Source: an uncultured virus (IMG/VR IMGVR_UViG_3300032320_002770) (lineage: Duplodnaviria > Heunggongvirae > Uroviricota > Caudoviricetes). From it: a DNA stretch of 64,000 nucleotides. Numbering within the stretch: position 1 is the first letter of the stretch; each line of letters begins with the position of its first letter. The notes under the pieces are model-generated. The model ran no database searches, was not told where the DNA came from, and saw only the letters and a program-made list of their open reading frames with translations. Made by a program: the position numbers and the translations under genes. The DNA lies in IMG/VR virus record IMGVR_UViG_3300032320_002770; one strand, 5' to 3'. Positions 9,403 through 19,657 of the stretch are shown here, piece after piece.

Positions 9403-10373
9403 CTTAAAAAGTCATCCTTTCCTTTAATAGTATCCTCTTCTAAGAAATCGTCTTTCTTATTATTATTGAATTTGGGACATCCTTGATAGGACCTTTTTTC
9501 TATTTTAAATCCTTCAATATTTTTAAATTTACCATCTAGACTTGATTCTATTACTTCGTTTTTATCATTTAACTTAACGTAATATTCATAAGGATCTTTA
9601 TATGGGCATTTCCATCCTCCAACTTGGCACATCCATTTATTTTTTACATTATCAATTGCAAAGTTTGCTTGAGCTGAATTTTCATCAAAATTATCAACAT
9701 ATTTATTAATATGCTCTAAATAATGTTCAAATCCTTTAATTTCATTATCATCAAAAGATAGTTCTTGAATTGGCTGCTTAGGAAATCTTAAAAACAAGAA
9801 TTTGACAATAGGCTTCAATTTAGGCCATAATTTCTTGCTAGCTAAACTATACATCATAGCTTGAATATTGGCTTCAAGGTCATCACCCCTAAACTTGTAC
9901 TTGGAGCTTTTATAGTCGATTATATGCATTTCTTTTTTGATTTTAATAGGTTTATCTATAAACCCCTTAATATGATATTTGGGATCTTCATTTATAATAT
10001 CAAAGTCATATTCTGGTTTAACTATTTCTCCACCTTCTCCAAAGAAATCGCTTTTAAGACCAACTAGAATCATATCATTTAATAGTTTATAATTGCTTTC
10101 ATCGAGTTTAACTTTTACTGATAGTTTTTTAACTAATCTATCTATTCCTTCGTCTCCATTAATAGCGTTCTTTTTTATTATTCTTTTGTAATTTTTAAGA
10201 TGTCTTTTATTTAATAACAATTCAAAAACTGTATGGCATATTGTTCCTCTTAAAGCTCCATCATTTTGGTTTTGAGGAACTTTAGTATGATAATTATTCC
10301 AATAAACCCAAGAGCAAGTCTCAAGAGTTTTAATTCTGGAAGCTGATAATGTTTTTAAAGGTTTTGTTTCCAT
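9399..10373 (-). CDS. PD-(D/E)XK nuclease (RecB/Cas4-like exonuclease)
   Basis: LSASRI..LETC, RGTICH, GFID...IIDYKS, Q..MY, C-terminal C...C. Confidence 0.85.
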   Translation of the reverse strand: METKPLKTLSASRIKTLETCSWVYWNNYHTKVPQNQNDGALRGTICHTVFELLLNKRHLKNYKRIIKKNAINGDEGIDRLVKKLSVKVKLDESNYKLLNDMILVGLKSDFFGEGGEIVKPEYDFDIINEDPKYHIKGFIDKPIKIKKEMHIIDYKSSKYKFRGDDLEANIQAMMYSLASKKLWPKLKPIVKFLFLRFPKQPIQELSFDDNEIKGFEHYLEHINKYVDNFDENSAQANFAIDNVKNKWMCQVGGWKCPYKDPYEYYVKLNDKNEVIESSLDGKFKNIEGFKIEKRSYQGCPKFNNNKKDDFLEEDTIKGKDDFLS

Positions 10374-11260
10374 TGTAAAATTTCTTCGATAGACATCTCA
10401 CCAAAATCTTTTTTATTTGGTAAAGCGATAATCAATTGATTCTTGTCAAAATATCTAGATAATCGCGCTTGAGCTTTTTCTGCTCCTATATTTCCAGCCA
10501 TATTTTTTGCTGAGTCATTATTTAAACTGATAAATATTTTTTTCATATCTGTTTTCAAGCAATAATTTAAAATACCCAAACTCAAGTTTGTTCCAAAAGT
10601 TACCAAAACATTTTTAATTCCAGCTTGCCATAAGCTTAACATGTCACCAATGCTTTCTACTAAAATGACTTCTCTTTGATTTTGTATAACTTCTGAATTA
10701 AGAGATAATGGATAAAGAAAATCATTTTTTTCTCCTAAGTGTTTCCATTTGATTTTAGATTTATTAGTAATATCTCTACCAGAAAATCCTATAATATTAT
10801 TATTGATATCAAATATTGGGAAAACATATCTATTCTTCATCTTTCCAGCTCTGGCTACTCCACCTTTGAATTCAGATAAAGCATCTTTATTTACTCTTCT
10901 GTTAACCCAATATGATTGATCATCTTCTAGTTTAAGTAGAAGAGATAGATCAAATTTTTTAGTTGATTTTATCACAGGTTTTTGATTTTGAACCGAAGGA
11001 GTAATTACAAAATTCTTATTTTTTAGCCATTCTTGAGCCTTGATTGGACTTTCTAATTTTAATGTTAAATTAACTAATGAGTTAATATCTCCACTTATAT
11101 TTTCTTTAAAATCTACCCAATTACCAGTATCCTTATAGATTCTTAATACTGTATCATTATCACTATCTCTATAAAGAGGTTTAGTTCTAAATTCTTTTCC
11201 ACAATCTTTTAATTGATAACCAAGATCAGTAAGGATTTGGTATACGCTTATTTCTTCCAT
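10355..11260 (-). CDS. DnaG-like DNA primase (TOPRIM)
   Basis: RYVFPI..IIGFSGR, VILVESIGDML, LNND, KDFGE. Confidence 0.85.
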   Translation of the reverse strand: MEEISVYQILTDLGYQLKDCGKEFRTKPLYRDSDNDTVLRIYKDTGNWVDFKENISGDINSLVNLTLKLESPIKAQEWLKNKNFVITPSVQNQKPVIKSTKKFDLSLLLKLEDDQSYWVNRRVNKDALSEFKGGVARAGKMKNRYVFPIFDINNNIIGFSGRDITNKSKIKWKHLGEKNDFLYPLSLNSEVIQNQREVILVESIGDMLSLWQAGIKNVLVTFGTNLSLGILNYCLKTDMKKIFISLNNDSAKNMAGNIGAEKAQARLSRYFDKNQLIIALPNKKDFGEMSIEEILQWKQNL

Positions 11261-11904
11261 TCTAACGCCTCACTTATTGTTGGAAACTCTTTGACAAAAA
11301 TCTTTTTGCATTTTTCAGCTATAACTCTATGCTCTTTCTGAGTATTTTGCTCTGTTCTTAATTCAATATAATGAATCCAGCTTCTTAACGAACCTTTCAT
11401 ATACATAGTTGTTTGGGTTGTTAAAGGTAATATCATTCTAGCTACTTCTTTAGCTATTCCATTTTCTATCATTGTATCATAACAATGTTGAGAAAGCGAT
11501 AAAGATTCTACAAGAAGTTCGCTAACTTTGTCATATGCATCTGTATTAGTTGGCATGAGGTTTTCCCCCACTTGTCTATTCTTGTCTCCTTGTAAACGAA
11601 GTTCGATATCCTCAAATTCATTTGCAATACTATATCTTTGACTAAACTCTTGAAAACTAAATGATCTATGCCTAAGAATTTGTGCTGCAATTCCGCGACT
11701 CGTTTTAATTTCGACGCACATATCAACTAATTCAAATGGACTCCAATGCTTGTGATTAATTAAAAATTTTAAAAGCTTTGGCGCGGTTTCTATATTCATT
11801 TGATTAGAAGGATTACTAACTCTAGCGCAAAACGCTACTAAATCTTCTGCATTTTTTATTCCTTTAATTTCTGGTTTTGTAATTGATACTAATTCTACAT
11901 TCAT
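11248..11904 (-). CDS. thyX: FAD-dependent thymidylate synthase
   Basis: HWSPFE, QILRHRSFSFQEFSQRY, EVARMILP. Confidence 0.97.
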   Translation of the reverse strand: MNVELVSITKPEIKGIKNAEDLVAFCARVSNPSNQMNIETAPKLLKFLINHKHWSPFELVDMCVEIKTSRGIAAQILRHRSFSFQEFSQRYSIANEFEDIELRLQGDKNRQVGENLMPTNTDAYDKVSELLVESLSLSQHCYDTMIENGIAKEVARMILPLTTQTTMYMKGSLRSWIHYIELRTEQNTQKEHRVIAEKCKKIFVKEFPTISEALEWKK

Positions 11905-13385
11905 AATAGTTCTCCATCTGTTTGATTTTCGTCGTTTAGTTGATACTGCTCTCTTTGTCTATCAACGACATCTCTTAATGATCCTCTTTCTTCAATATTA
12001 AAATTGTTAACTTGGTAATTAAGATAATTTTGAGCCCAAGTTTCTTTACCGCAGCTATCTAGTCTTCTAACTAAATCCTGATGACCCGCAGCGTCTCTTC
12101 CTTGGAATCTTGTTTTAGTTGGAATTAATTTATGAGTACCAAATTGTTGACCATCTAAAGTAAGTTCGTCCAATGTCTTCCTTCTAAAGATGGCTACAAA
12201 AGAAGCGAACCATTGTAATCTATCTGAGAGCGAAATAACAGAACTATCATCTACTACTTCTGAACCTTTTCTATTAAAGCTTTCTCCAGTTCTATTTAAT
12301 TGCATCGCAGTAATAATTGGGCAATGAATTTCTTCCGAGATTCTTTTAAGTTTATCAATCTTATCTCCAATGGCTTGATGCTCTGCCCAATTTTGACCAA
12401 CCTTTTCTCCAGTTAATTTAATATAATCATAAGCAATCATCGCTTGATTTCCTCGTCCAACTTTAGATAGATACCATCTGCGAATAATAGAACAAATTTG
12501 ATCTATGTTTTTATTGCCAACATGATAATGAAAGTATTCATAAGTTTTTACTTTTGCCCAAGCTGCTCTTACTTTCTTGGTCATATCTTCATTCTTGCGC
12601 CAATTACCAGTTTCAAGATACCATACTGGAACATCAGTTAAAGATGCAACCATCCTCAATTGAATATCTACTGTTTGCATTTCAGTATCTAGAATAAGAG
12701 TCTTAGTTTTATTTTTAGGATTGATTGCTGTTTTAAAACAAATATCATTTAGCCAAGTTGATTTGCCTTGTCCAGGTCTACTAGCTATTGCATAAATGTT
12801 GCCATTCTTTAAACCACCATACATCCTATTAAATTCAGAATAAGGAGTAATTAATCCGCTATCTTCTCTAGGTGAATTACCTATTTCTTCTACAAGATCT
12901 TCAACTTCAGCGAAAATATTAATTGGCACATCATTTTCATCATAAGATGAAATCTTTTTATTATAAATTTGATCTATGTTGCCAATAATCTGATCTAAAT
13001 TATCGTCTGAATTTTTGACTACATATTCTTTTAATTTATCTGCTGTTTGAGCGATCTCTCTCCTTACTCTAAGTTTAATTAATTCTCTACAAGCTTCCAT
13101 CGTAGCTTGTTCTGTAATTTGGGAGAAACTTAAATTATCAATATAATCAAATATATTAATCTCATCTTTAAAAGATATACCTAAATTTTTTATCTTTTCT
13201 GCAAGCAATACTTTATCTACATTTTCAGCTTTATGCTTTATATTTTTAAATACAGTATATATTGTTGAATGTACATCATTAAAAAAATCATTTTCGTTTA
13301 AGAAAACATCAATATCCGCAAAAAGGTCTTGATGCCTTAATAAGCCGCTTAATACATGTCTTTCTACTTGTAATGAATAAATCAT
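11901..13385 (-). CDS. dnaB: Replicative DNA helicase
   Basis: Walker A ASRPGQGKS, DTEM, YDYI, QLNR. Confidence 0.92.
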   Translation of the reverse strand: MIYSLQVERHVLSGLLRHQDLFADIDVFLNENDFFNDVHSTIYTVFKNIKHKAENVDKVLLAEKIKNLGISFKDEINIFDYIDNLSFSQITEQATMEACRELIKLRVRREIAQTADKLKEYVVKNSDDNLDQIIGNIDQIYNKKISSYDENDVPINIFAEVEDLVEEIGNSPREDSGLITPYSEFNRMYGGLKNGNIYAIASRPGQGKSTWLNDICFKTAINPKNKTKTLILDTEMQTVDIQLRMVASLTDVPVWYLETGNWRKNEDMTKKVRAAWAKVKTYEYFHYHVGNKNIDQICSIIRRWYLSKVGRGNQAMIAYDYIKLTGEKVGQNWAEHQAIGDKIDKLKRISEEIHCPIITAMQLNRTGESFNRKGSEVVDDSSVISLSDRLQWFASFVAIFRRKTLDELTLDGQQFGTHKLIPTKTRFQGRDAAGHQDLVRRLDSCGKETWAQNYLNYQVNNFNIEERGSLRDVVDRQREQYQLNDENQTDGELL

Positions 13386-13395
13386 TCAGTTTTAT

Positions 13396-13424
13396 ATGAT
13401 ACCAAAGTAAAAATTAAAAGTCAA
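13396..13424 (-). promoter_or_regulatory. sigma70-type promoter TTGACT-N17-TATCAT
   Basis: Read directly; 10 nt before the dnaB ATG. Confidence 0.7.
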
Positions 13425-13429
13425 GTGTT

Positions 13430-13711
13430 TTAATCTTTTTCTTCTTCTGAATCATCAAAATCATCGTCTTCTTGGTTTTTTCTTGCTATTTGATCCGTTG
13501 TTGCTTCTAAATTTAATTGATCTACGCTTTGACTCCAAGTATTAACATAATATAAAAGTGCCATAGCATTTATTTGATTATCGAACTTTGTGTATACTTG
13601 AGGTTCGCCTTTGCTTGAGAAATTAAAAAGAATATATCCACCAAAACTGCATTCATCAATTTGCTTTAAAAGGGCTTCTGGAAAATTAAATTTTTTCTTA
13701 TTTGTCACCAC
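13430..13711 (-). CDS. Hypothetical protein with acidic tail
   Basis: 93-aa ORF preceded by the GTGTAA motif. Confidence 0.65.
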   Translation of the reverse strand: MVTNKKKFNFPEALLKQIDECSFGGYILFNFSSKGEPQVYTKFDNQINAMALLYYVNTWSQSVDQLNLEATTDQIARKNQEDDDFDDSEEEKD

Positions 13712-13723
13712 CAGATTTTACAC

Positions 13724-14143
13724 TTAAATAATTAATATTCCGCACTTTTCTTCTATATATTGTGGTGATAAATTCTTAAGGTCATCTTCATACAGTTCAA
13801 GGAATTTAAATTCATTCATTTCAAGCCATTTTTCTTTTTTCACATCCCTTTTTATGCTTTGAAGGTATTTCAAACGCGAATTATCGTGAAAAAACTTATT
13901 AAAGGACTCATGTTGATCACCTTGTATCTCAACGGCTATCTTTTTAGTTGCATTTAATAAATCGACTTTAAGCATACTCCCATAGACTGGAAACTCCTCA
14001 TAAACTATATGATTCTTCCAGTATGGATAAAAGAATTGTTTAAATTTAAATTGAAGTTTACTTCGACTTTTGCCTTGCCAATCTATTAGATAATTTCTTA
14101 CATTTTTGTTAACGAGCGCGCCGTTAACATTTAACAATCTCAT
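13724..14143 (-). CDS. Vsr/DUF559-like endonuclease
   Basis: VD....KKIAVEIQGDQH...RD..KE.W pattern. Confidence 0.7.
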   Translation of the reverse strand: MRLLNVNGALVNKNVRNYLIDWQGKSRSKLQFKFKQFFYPYWKNHIVYEEFPVYGSMLKVDLLNATKKIAVEIQGDQHESFNKFFHDNSRLKYLQSIKRDVKKEKWLEMNEFKFLELYEDDLKNLSPQYIEEKCGILII

Positions 14144-14703
14144 TTTATGATAAACCAACTTTTATAAGGGTGCGGTTCTTGTGTTGAATAAACTTTTAAA
14201 TTATTTTCTAAGACAAATTCATCTACCGCTGATTTTACTCCAAAAACTCCATTACTATTTACTGCATCTAAATAATCATGACCAGCAAATAAACCACCTT
14301 TTTTAAGTTTTGGAAACCATTTATTTATATCATTTTTTGCGGCTTCATAACTATGATTTGCGTCAATATAGATAAAATCAAAAAAATTATCTTGAAAAAA
14401 ATCTACAAATTCATCAGAGTAACCTTTAATAATTTTAACATTATGAAAAAAATTGGAAACATTAGAAATTGTGTTTTTCATAAATTCGACTTGCGTTTTA
14501 TTATCTACATTTGATACATCCTGATATTTTAAATCTGGTTGATTATCCCAACAATCTAATAGATATAGATTAAGATTATTGCAGTTCTCTAATATATGTT
14601 TAGAAAAAGCTCCTTGTTTAACTCCAATCTCAATGCCATTTCCAGTTGGTTTAAGAATTTTAATTAAATTCTCTCTAGAGTCTATATTTTCTAAATTTAA
14701 CAT
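14140..14703 (-). CDS. Class I SAM-dependent methyltransferase (Methyltransf_24-like)
   Basis: IEIGVKQG, DFIYIDANHSYE, GGLFAGHDY. Confidence 0.85.
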   Translation of the reverse strand: MLNLENIDSRENLIKILKPTGNGIEIGVKQGAFSKHILENCNNLNLYLLDCWDNQPDLKYQDVSNVDNKTQVEFMKNTISNVSNFFHNVKIIKGYSDEFVDFFQDNFFDFIYIDANHSYEAAKNDINKWFPKLKKGGLFAGHDYLDAVNSNGVFGVKSAVDEFVLENNLKVYSTQEPHPYKSWFIIK

Positions 14704-14705
14704 AT

Positions 14706-15848
14706 TTATGATGTAAGGGTATTAATAAATTTATTATAAAAATAATCTACAATTGGTTTATTTTCTTCTAAATAAGATCTGAGATTATCTATTCCTTGAT
14801 GCTGCTTTTTGAGTTCAAGATTTTCTTTTTTAAGTTCTTCTATAATATCATCAGAAAATGTTACCCATGCTCCTTTTGCTATTGCAAATTCCCAAGCAAG
14901 GATTTGATCGATTACTTCGTATTCTTTCCATACGGACGAACCATCCTTACGGCCATATTTAATTGGATATTGTACTTTCGAATTTGTTGATTCATTAGTC
15001 GATTTCTTGATAGCAATCTTAACATTGTGTCCAATAATTTTATTCTTTACTGCGTCATACTTTTCATTTGGTTTTTCAAGAATAAGATCTTTGTTAAATT
15101 TTGGTTCAAACTCAAGAATCCAATTAGCGAAGTGTAATAAAGCGTTTCCACCAGTAGCAGTAGTTTGACGAATATCTTTATTTGCAGCGTAAGGATCAAG
15201 TTTAATATCAGATCGAACTTGACTAATAAAAATAGCCATATGGCCACGTTTAGAAAGCGCAAGCGAAATCTTTTTCATCAGCATTGATGAGATAACTGCT
15301 CCTCCCGCAACCTTTGTGGCTTCTGTCATGCTTTTTTGAGAATCACCCTTTGTCATCAATCCGTCAACTGAATCAAGAATAAATATATATCTCTTATCTT
15401 CATCGTTTGATTGAATAAGGTCTTTCATTAATTCTGAAACTGTTTCAAAAATATTACATTCGAATACAAAGCAGGTTCCATCAACCCATTCTTTTGGATC
15501 AGTCACAAACTTAATTCCAGAACGCTCTTTAATTTCTTTACTTAATCTTCCTTCTGCTTTAAAAAGTAAAGCTCTGGAATTTTCTACTGATTTAAGAAAG
15601 TTCTTTGTTACTTCAAGGGCTTCTGAAGTTTTTCCGCCTTCATTCATTCCGATGAATCTATGCAAACCTGGGCATAACCCACCACCAGTAGCGATATCCA
15701 AATTTAAACTACCAGTAGATACTTTATAATAAATTTCATCTTCAAAATTATAGTGGTCTTCTTTGTTGTCTTTTAAAAAGGATAACAATCTATCTGATGC
15801 GCTTGGACCAGATGATTCAACGACTTCTTCTTTAGGTTTTCTTCCCAT
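14706..15848 (-). CDS. recA: RecA/UvsX-like recombinase
   Basis: STGSLNLDIATGGG, Walker A GGKT, ILDSVDGL, FISQVR, TGGNALLH. Confidence 0.9.
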   Translation of the reverse strand: MGRKPKEEVVESSGPSASDRLLSFLKDNKEDHYNFEDEIYYKVSTGSLNLDIATGGGLCPGLHRFIGMNEGGKTSEALEVTKNFLKSVENSRALLFKAEGRLSKEIKERSGIKFVTDPKEWVDGTCFVFECNIFETVSELMKDLIQSNDEDKRYIFILDSVDGLMTKGDSQKSMTEATKVAGGAVISSMLMKKISLALSKRGHMAIFISQVRSDIKLDPYAANKDIRQTTATGGNALLHFANWILEFEPKFNKDLILEKPNEKYDAVKNKIIGHNVKIAIKKSTNESTNSKVQYPIKYGRKDGSSVWKEYEVIDQILAWEFAIAKGAWVTFSDDIIEELKKENLELKKQHQGIDNLRSYLEENKPIVDYFYNKFINTLTS

Positions 15849-16170
15849 ATCTTATAAATTCTAACAGAGTTTTAGGTTTTTGGCAAACTTTTTTATCTTC
15901 TCCTATTTTATTTTCATTAAGGGGCACTTCTTCCTTATTTAAATTAATATTAAAGGATTCGTATTCTTTTAATAAGAAAGCCTTACCTTGTGATTTCAAG
16001 AACCAAGCTAGCGAAGGAGGCGGAGATCCTAATTCTTGCAAATTATCCCAAAAATCAAAAGATTTAAATTTTTTAATTAGTCTTTGAGCTATTTTGATTT
16101 CTCGTGGCCAATTGATATCTCCTTTTACGTATTTTCTAACTATCATTTGACATAATTTATGATTATTCAC
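15832..16170 (-). CDS. Hypothetical protein
   Basis: 112-aa ORF upstream of recA, preceded by a TTGACA promoter. Confidence 0.6.
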   Translation of the reverse strand: MNNHKLCQMIVRKYVKGDINWPREIKIAQRLIKKFKSFDFWDNLQELGSPPPSLAWFLKSQGKAFLLKEYESFNINLNKEEVPLNENKIGEDKKVCQKPKTLLEFIRYGKKT

Positions 16171-16202
16171 GCATTAAATCTAACACGCATTATATACTGT
16201 TG

Positions 16203-16835
16203 TCAATCTTTTTTATTTTTAAGATAAAATGCATCTCCCCAAGGGTGGTTTGAATAAAGATATTTTTCTTTTCTTTCGAAGTTGAATTTATTTAAAAATG
16301 CATCAATTTCATTTGTTTGAGAGCAATTTTTATAAACCTGCGAATCGTTAATTTCTATATAAATAGATTCAATAAAATCTAAATAATTTGATAATCCTTG
16401 TAAAGCTAATAATTCTGCTCCTTGTATGTCTATATTCAGAAAATTAATTTTATCTAAAAATTTATCTTCTATTAAGATAGAATTTAAAGTTTTCGTCAAT
16501 CTTTTTTCTCCATGAGTATAATAAATGCCTGGGAATAAATTAGAATGTTCGCCTAAATCTAAAATAGATGAAGATTGAGTATTGTTGGCTATTTTAAATG
16601 TAACCTCTTTGTCGTCCTCGTTAGAAACTACGGCGTTAGTAACTTTATGAATAGATCGGTCTAAACGTTTAGCTAGTTTAGTTGATAATTCTCTACTAGC
16701 TTCTACCCAATGTATTTTTTTGGCTCCACACAAAATATAATCATCTAATTCTTCAGCTTCGTGAGCGCCAACATGTAAAATATTTTCTACATTTAGATTA
16801 TATTTTTCTTTTAAATAGCTTAATGATATAAACAT
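16203..16835 (-). CDS. FkbM-family methyltransferase
   Basis: ILHVGAH, VEA, FLNIDIQGAELLAL, WGDAFY. Confidence 0.9.
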   Translation of the reverse strand: MFISLSYLKEKYNLNVENILHVGAHEAEELDDYILCGAKKIHWVEASRELSTKLAKRLDRSIHKVTNAVVSNEDDKEVTFKIANNTQSSSILDLGEHSNLFPGIYYTHGEKRLTKTLNSILIEDKFLDKINFLNIDIQGAELLALQGLSNYLDFIESIYIEINDSQVYKNCSQTNEIDAFLNKFNFERKEKYLYSNHPWGDAFYLKNKKD

Positions 16836-16841
16836 AAAATG

Positions 16842-17522
16842 TTATTTTATTGAAACTTCTTTCCAGTTTAAAAATGGAAATATATCTCCATGCCATTGTG
16901 GGTGCTCCTTTTGAACTGGACAAATTACATTATTTTGATTTCCTAAAAAACCAATCCACCAACTGAAAGTACCTAAAGATAGTATTTTATTTTGAAATTG
17001 CGACCCAAATATTAAAGTGTTTTCAGGGGAATCTTCAAAAACTTCTAAGTTAAATTTATTACTAAGCCGTTTTACAATGTCATGATCTGGTGAATCGCTT
17101 GATATATAACCACCATTTAACCCTTGCAAAGCTTTTTCATAATATTCAATTTTGCAATACCATGTTCCATTACTAATATCGCCAAGCCTTACATGCACAA
17201 AGGATCCTTCGACTAATTTTTTATTAGTATTTTGGACATATTCGTTTTGAACAAAATATTTTAATAGGCTTTTTTTTTGAAAATAGCCATTCAATATTAA
17301 ATTACTGTTTACTGTATCTTGTTGGATAATGTCAAGAACATTGTAATCATTTACTATTAAGTCGTCAGAATATTGTGTATCATTATTAATTAAATTATCT
17401 TTAAAAATATTATTAGGTAATATATTTGAAATTTTTTGATTGAATTTATTAGATAATATTAGTCCTGTAAAATATTGGAAAAGATTATTCCCTAGCCGAC
17501 CCTCATAATTTATAGTTATCAT
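16842..17522 (-). CDS. GT11 alpha-1,2-fucosyltransferase-like protein
   Basis: GRLGNNLFQY, GYFQ, HVRLGD, GTFSWW. Confidence 0.85.
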   Translation of the reverse strand: MITINYEGRLGNNLFQYFTGLILSNKFNQKISNILPNNIFKDNLINNDTQYSDDLIVNDYNVLDIIQQDTVNSNLILNGYFQKKSLLKYFVQNEYVQNTNKKLVEGSFVHVRLGDISNGTWYCKIEYYEKALQGLNGGYISSDSPDHDIVKRLSNKFNLEVFEDSPENTLIFGSQFQNKILSLGTFSWWIGFLGNQNNVICPVQKEHPQWHGDIFPFLNWKEVSIK

Positions 17523-17577
17523 ATTTTAGAATTTTTTAATTGTATTATAATATATTTTTTAAGCTGTAAAGTCTAAT

Positions 17578-18354
17578 TTAATTAAGTTTGGATCTTTGGA
17601 TATCAGTTATCCAATAATTTATATCAAGTATATTTAAATTGTTATAATTAAGTTTTGAAGCCTTATATTCTATTAAAGCTTTATTACTTAAATCTTCTAT
17701 TTTATCTAAAATAACAATTGGTAATTTTTCGTAAAGTTCATAAATTTTTAAATCCCCAATTTTAATGATAATAGGTATTCTATTAGAGTATAAAACTTCC
17801 CATATTCTATGAGTGTCAATTCCGTTACCGATTGGACAAAATATCATTTTATATTCCAAAATTCTATTAAAAAAGATTTCTAATGGTAATTCATTTTCTT
17901 CAAGATCTATATGTTTAATTTTTTTACATATTTCTTTACAAGGAGTTCTATAAGAAGGATTTGTTGCTATTTTAAAATTTGCATATATAAATTTATTTTG
18001 ATCAATATTTAATCCTCTGCGTAGGAATCGATTTTTTTGTGAAGCCCTTTCTAAATATCCAATTCCATGGTTTTCTCTTTGCGAAAACTCTTTATTCTCT
18101 AACCCTAATGGTATAGGAATAAGGATATTTGAATCTGCTAGACAGTTTGTAGCGTACCATTTTTTAATATTTTTAGGAGCTATTTGAACTAAATGATCTA
18201 CTATTGGATAATCTGAATTACCAGTAATTAATATTACTTCATTTTTTAATTTACTTATGGTTTTAAAATCTTCAAGCAGATAATCTGTTTTACAAAAAAA
18301 TGTATCGCATCCATTATGAAGATGTGATAATTTATTTAATTCAAAAAAGTTCAT
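17578..18354 (-). CDS. Exostosin/GT47-like glycosyltransferase
   Basis: IPIPLG, FCPIGNGIDTHRIWEVLY...IPI. Confidence 0.6.
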   Translation of the reverse strand: MNFFELNKLSHLHNGCDTFFCKTDYLLEDFKTISKLKNEVILITGNSDYPIVDHLVQIAPKNIKKWYATNCLADSNILIPIPLGLENKEFSQRENHGIGYLERASQKNRFLRRGLNIDQNKFIYANFKIATNPSYRTPCKEICKKIKHIDLEENELPLEIFFNRILEYKMIFCPIGNGIDTHRIWEVLYSNRIPIIIKIGDLKIYELYEKLPIVILDKIEDLSNKALIEYKASKLNYNNLNILDINYWITDIQRSKLN

Positions 18355-18361
18355 TTTATGT

Positions 18362-18976
18362 TTACCAATTTTTATCCCATTCGTGAATACAATATGTATT
18401 TTTTGTAATACATTTTTCTGTATATTTTTCATTATAATAATATGGGTAAAAATAATCCCTGTTTAAAATCGTGACGTTAAAAATATTTTCTTTTAATAAA
18501 TTAGTAATAAAAATTGGGCTAGATGCATTAGGCGCTTCTTCTGAATTAAATTTAGATAAAAATATTTCATAAGTTTTTACAATAAAGGGGTTATTAGCTT
18601 TGCCAATAGAAACGGCATTATTTATATAAGATATATTATCTGGGCTTTCATAGGCATAAAAGTTTTCTGAATTTTTAAATTCTTCTAATAAATTTGAAAA
18701 TGGTTTAATGCATTTTACATCTACATCTAGATAAATTCCTCCATAATTTTTGATTAAATAAATTCTTGCAAAATTAGATAAATGAACAAATCTATTATAT
18801 TTTAAACAATTTTGTATATAAGAATTTTTAAAATCTTTTTGCTCTAATATTTCGTTTCCCCAAACTTTTATGTTAAAATCTTTATTTATTTCTTTACATA
18901 TCTTAATATTATTTAAATTTTTATCACTTAAACTTTTATTTCCGAGCCAAAAAAAATGAATATTTTTTTCAATCAT
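18362..18976 (-). CDS. GT32 (OCH1-like) glycosyltransferase
   Basis: IHFFWLG, YGGIYLDVD, YFYPY, HEW. Confidence 0.85.
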   Translation of the reverse strand: MIEKNIHFFWLGNKSLSDKNLNNIKICKEINKDFNIKVWGNEILEQKDFKNSYIQNCLKYNRFVHLSNFARIYLIKNYGGIYLDVDVKCIKPFSNLLEEFKNSENFYAYESPDNISYINNAVSIGKANNPFIVKTYEIFLSKFNSEEAPNASSPIFITNLLKENIFNVTILNRDYFYPYYYNEKYTEKCITKNTYCIHEWDKNW

Positions 18977-18977
18977 T

Positions 18978-19622
18978 TTAGTAATATCTATTTTTCCAAG
19001 TTAATTCGGCTGGATGCCATTGATGAATTAATCCTTCGCATTTTTCTCTTATTTTATTACAGCTTAATTTATTAAAGAAATTAGAATCTTCTTTACCCCA
19101 TTTATTGTACTCTGGTATTTTACCATTATTTAACCATTGTTCTTTTTTTACAGAACAATTACCAAATCCAACGTTTAGCCATTCACCATTTTCTTCTTTT
19201 GGATCAAATTCAAATGTATAGCAAATAGGGAAATATGCTAAATTATTTTTAATTGTATATTTATTTATTTTTTCAAATAGATTTTTGTCGAATTTCATAT
19301 CAACATCTATAAATAATAGATTATCAAAAGTAGAATTATCAGCGGCTATATTTAAACCTTTGCCTCTTGAAAATTTTCCATCAATAGTTATTATTTTATA
19401 ATTTATTGATTTTAAATATTGTCTTATATAGCTATCTAAAGACTCTATATCATCAGATTTAAAGTCTGAAATAATTAATTCTATATTAACGCTATTTTCA
19501 ATTAAAAAATCCAAACTTGACTCTAATGAAGAAAGAAAATTTTTAAAAATATATCTAATTCCGTGGTCTGTTTCTACTATGCATCTATTTTTAATACATG
19601 TGCAAATTGATAAATTATTCAT
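18978..19622 (-). CDS. GT2/GT7-like galactosyltransferase
   Basis: FSRGKGLN, FIDVDM, WGKED, HQWH. Confidence 0.75.
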   Translation of the reverse strand: MNNLSICTCIKNRCIVETDHGIRYIFKNFLSSLESSLDFLIENSVNIELIISDFKSDDIESLDSYIRQYLKSINYKIITIDGKFSRGKGLNIAADNSTFDNLLFIDVDMKFDKNLFEKINKYTIKNNLAYFPICYTFEFDPKEENGEWLNVGFGNCSVKKEQWLNNGKIPEYNKWGKEDSNFFNKLSCNKIREKCEGLIHQWHPAELTWKNRYY

Positions 19623-19657
19623 TTTATTTTTATATTTGTTCGCGTATTATAGATATA

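Noticed and set aside
9399..10373. Cas4 / CRISPR system
   Set aside because: No repeat-spacer array or other cas genes; fits a stand-alone phage exonuclease
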